Assembly (NCBI GenBank): GCA_051251855.1
Contig: JBPOGI010000004.1
Span: forward strand, 320,001 to 384,000
Source: Roseibacillus sp.
Lineage (GTDB): Bacteria; Verrucomicrobiota; Verrucomicrobiia; Verrucomicrobiales; Akkermansiaceae
Direction of reading: 5' to 3'
DNA length: 64,000 nucleotides
Positions 61,210-64,000 of this stretch are shown piece by piece. The notes beneath the pieces are model-generated. The model worked only from the letters and a program-made list of their open reading frames with translations, searched no databases and was not told the DNA's origin. Both the position numbers and the translations under genes were made by a program. Within the stretch, counting starts at the first letter, position 1; each line of letters starts with the position of its first letter.

Positions 61210-63795
61210 ATGGCTAAAATTCTAATCATTGCCGAGAAACCCTCGGTCGCAACAGACCTCTCCCGCGCCCTCGCACCCGAGCTCGGAAAGTTTGAAAAGA
61301 AGGGCAAGTCCCGCGACGCGCAATACTTCGAAAACGACAAAGCCGCCATCACCTCCGCCGTCGGCCACCTTGTCGAGCTCAAGATGCCCACCGGCCCCAA
61401 CGGCAAGAACCTACCTTGGAAATTCGACGTCCTCCCCGCCATCCCCAGCGAATTCGAGCTTCAGCCCATCGAGCAATCCGAAGGCCGTCTCAAACACGTC
61501 CTCTCCCTCGCCAAAAAGAAGGAATTCGACCTCATCGTCAACGCTTGTGATGCCGGCCGCGAAGGTGAACTTATCTTCCAATACATCATCGAGATCGGCA
61601 AAATCAACAAGCCCATCAAGCGCCTCTGGATGCAATCGATGACCACTAAGTCCATTCAGGACGCCTGGAAAAAGCTCCGCGAAGGCGAAGACATGGCTGA
61701 CCTGCGCGATGCCGCCAAGTGCCGCTCCGAATCCGACTGGCTTGTCGGCCTCAACTCTACCCGCGCCCTCACCTGCTTCCGCTCCCGCCACGGTGGCTTC
61801 AACATCACCGCCGCTGGACGCGTCCAAACCCCCACCCTCGCCATCCTCGCCAAGCGCGAACGCGAAATCGCCGCCTTCGTCAGCGAGGACTACAACGAAG
61901 TCCACGCCACCTTCGACGTCAAAGCCGGCCAATACGAAGGCAAATGGGTCGACCTCGATTTCCAGAAAACTGAAGCCCAGCCCCACGGACGTGCCGAGCG
62001 TATTTGGAAGAAAGAAGACGCCGATGCCATCGTCGAGCGCTGCAAAGACAAAACGGGCACCGTCTCAGAAGAGACCAAGCCTCAGAAGCAAATCGCCCCC
62101 CAACTCTACGACCTCACCACCCTTCAGCGTGAGGCCTCCAGCCGCTTCGGCTTCTCCGCCCGCCGCACCTTGCAGCTCGCACAAGCCCTCTACGAGCGCC
62201 ACAAAATGCTCACCTATCCCCGGACCGACTCCCGCTATCTGCCCGAGGATTATCTCCCCAACGTCAAAACTACCACTCAGGATTTACGCGACTCCTCCCA
62301 CCCCCTCGCCCAGTGGGCCGGTGACTCCCTCAAGAAAGACCTCATTCGCTTCGACAAGCGCGTCTTCAACAACGCCAAGGTCTCCGATCACTTCGCCATC
62401 ATCCCCACCGGCCGCGTCGTCAAACTCTCCGAAGAAGAAGGCAAGCTCTACGATCTTGTCACCAAGCGCTTCCTCGCCGTCTTCTACCCCCACGCCATCT
62501 TCGAGGTCACTAAACGCCTCACCACCATCGAGAACCCAGGCCACAAAGACACCTTCCGCACCGACGGTAAAGTCCTCGTCGAACTCGGCTGGCTCGCCGT
62601 CTATGGTCGCGCCCTCGGCGTCGCCTCCGGCAAAGACGAACTCGTCCCCGTCGAACAAGGCGAAGACGCCAAGGTTTCCGAAGTCTATCGCGAGGACAAA
62701 CAAACCAACCCACCCGCGCGCTACAACGAAGCCACCCTCCTCTCCGCCATGGAGGGAGCGGGCAAACTCCTCACTGACGACGATCTCCGCGAAGCCATGT
62801 CCGAGCGAGGTCTTGGAACTCCCGCCACCCGCGCCAACATCATTGAAGGTCTCATCCGCCAAAAGTATGTTGCTCGCGAGGCTCGCGAACTTTTCGCCTC
62901 CGGCAAAGCGCTCCGCCTCATCGAACTTCTCGAAGAGATGGAAGTCGAGCCCCTTATCTCCCCTTCCATGACCGGCGACTGGGAAGCCAAGCTCCGTCAG
63001 ATGGAGCAAGGTAAACTCACCCGCCCCGTCTTCATGAAGGAGATTACCGACTTCACCGAAGACCTTGTCGGCCGTGCCAAAAAACACATGGACATCATGG
63101 TCAATCGCGTCTTCCCCGACCTCGATTGCACCTGCCCCAACTGTGGCACCGAAGGCCTTAAGACCACCGACGCCACCTACGAATGTCGCACCCCCGACTG
63201 CGGCTTCCGCATTAGCAAATACATTGCCGGCAAGGAACTCACCCCCGACCAAGCCAAAACCCTCTTCACCACCAAGTTCCTTGAAGAGCAGGACGGCTTC
63301 ATGTCCCGCTTTAACAAGCCCTTCTCCGCCGCCATCAAGATCGAACAACAGGTCTCCAAGACCGGTAAACTCGGTAAATGGAAAACCGGCTTCGTCTTCG
63401 ATAGCGACGAGCCCGAGTCCGCCGAAGACCTCACCGACGACATGCTCGCCGGCACCGTCACCATCTCTGGCGAAAAAGACGAAATCAAAGTCTACGAGAC
63501 CGAGAAAGCCTACCACGTCCCTGAGTTCAAACCTTCCGAATCTCCCGACGGCTTCCGCCTCGGAAAAACCATCCTACAAAAGGAACTCCCTAAAGAAGAA
63601 GTGATGAAACTCTTAGCCGAAGGCAAAACCGGACTCCTCCCCGGCTTCGTTTCCAAGCGCACCAAACGCCCCTTCTCTGCTCACCTCACTCTCGACTCGA
63701 GCAACGGAAAGATCGGCTTCGAATTTCCCCCACGCAAAACTGCGAAAAAAGGAGCCAAGAAAGCCGCCAAAAAAACCACCGAAGACAAGGAATAG
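61210..63795 (+). CDS. topB: Type IA DNA topoisomerase III with C-terminal repeats
   Basis: [44 protein letters not shown]; zinc ribbon and GF.S+..+PFSA repeats. Confidence 0.92.
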   Translation: MAKILIIAEKPSVATDLSRALAPELGKFEKKGKSRDAQYFENDKAAITSAVGHLVELKMPTGPNGKNLPWKFDVLPAIPSEFELQPIEQSEGRLKHVLSLAKKKEFDLIVNACDAGREGELIFQYIIEIGKINKPIKRLWMQSMTTKSIQDAWKKLREGEDMADLRDAAKCRSESDWLVGLNSTRALTCFRSRHGGFNITAAGRVQTPTLAILAKREREIAAFVSEDYNEVHATFDVKAGQYEGKWVDLDFQKTEAQPHGRAERIWKKEDADAIVERCKDKTGTVSEETKPQKQIAPQLYDLTTLQREASSRFGFSARRTLQLAQALYERHKMLTYPRTDSRYLPEDYLPNVKTTTQDLRDSSHPLAQWAGDSLKKDLIRFDKRVFNNAKVSDHFAIIPTGRVVKLSEEEGKLYDLVTKRFLAVFYPHAIFEVTKRLTTIENPGHKDTFRTDGKVLVELGWLAVYGRALGVASGKDELVPVEQGEDAKVSEVYREDKQTNPPARYNEATLLSAMEGAGKLLTDDDLREAMSERGLGTPATRANIIEGLIRQKYVAREARELFASGKALRLIELLEEMEVEPLISPSMTGDWEAKLRQMEQGKLTRPVFMKEITDFTEDLVGRAKKHMDIMVNRVFPDLDCTCPNCGTEGLKTTDATYECRTPDCGFRISKYIAGKELTPDQAKTLFTTKFLEEQDGFMSRFNKPFSAAIKIEQQVSKTGKLGKWKTGFVFDSDEPESAEDLTDDMLAGTVTISGEKDEIKVYETEKAYHVPEFKPSESPDGFRLGKTILQKELPKEEVMKLLAEGKTGLLPGFVSKRTKRPFSAHLTLDSSNGKIGFEFPPRKTAKKGAKKAAKKTTEDKE

Positions 63796-63847
63796 GCCCA
63801 ACTTGGAGCGCTAGGCTTCAACATAACACCCCTGCCTCGGCACACTC

Positions 63848-64000
63848 CTACCGGAACGCCCGCCAAACCTTGGGCACCAGCACCCAGCGTCCGTTCAAAT
63901 GGATGAAGGCATCGAAGCGCATCCCGCTGTCCTCGCCCGGCTCCACGTAGCTCACCTTCCATAAGGTCAGCGCTGGACCAAAGTGCTCCGCCTCCTGCGA
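63848..64000 (-). CDS. 3' end of a hypothetical protein entering from beyond the window
   Basis: Manual translation SQEAEHFGPALTLWKVSYVEPGEDSGMRFDAFIHLNGRWVLVPKVWRAFR-stop, convergent with topB. Confidence 0.6.
   Translation of the reverse strand, partial: SQEAEHFGPALTLWKVSYVEPGEDSGMRFDAFIHLNGRWVLVPKVWRAFR

Noticed and set aside
61411..63604. Long alternative-frame and antisense ORFs (420 aa, 410 aa and others) within topB
   Set aside because: Same codon-bias artefact; low-complexity Pro/Ser or Gly/Val/Glu translations

Overview
Bacterial chromosome segment, most consistent with a Verrucomicrobiales organism (inferred from PEP-CTERM proteins, a TIGR02597-like gene and many secreted proteins with Asp-rich calcium-binding repeats). 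The housekeeping backbone contains suhB-like IMPase, ispF, class III FBPase, carB, a cysteine desulfurase, an RND efflux trio, folP, DUF2851, dprA and topB. Accessory blocks interrupt it: (1) a partial vanadium-haloperoxidase-like gene missed by the ORF track; (2) a three-gene pseudopilin-like cluster; (3) a ~16 kb island with two paralogous units (repeat-rich surface protein followed by a large sulfatase) flanking an ECF sigma/Ser-Thr kinase pair, plus a divergent PEP-CTERM gene frameshifted by a 13-bp tandem repeat in its signal peptide; (4) a compact TIGR04255 / unknown / ART-like three-gene cassette after carB, the best candidate for an undescribed toxin-antitoxin(-chaperone) or defence system; (5) a sulfatase-VHL fusion, a Calx-beta O-acetylesterase and an acyltransferase; (6) a TIGR02597/PEP-CTERM cluster with an apparent swap of C-terminal sorting signals. 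No rRNA, tRNA, CRISPR array, transposase or integrase was recognised. All family calls come from motif recognition by eye, not database searches.
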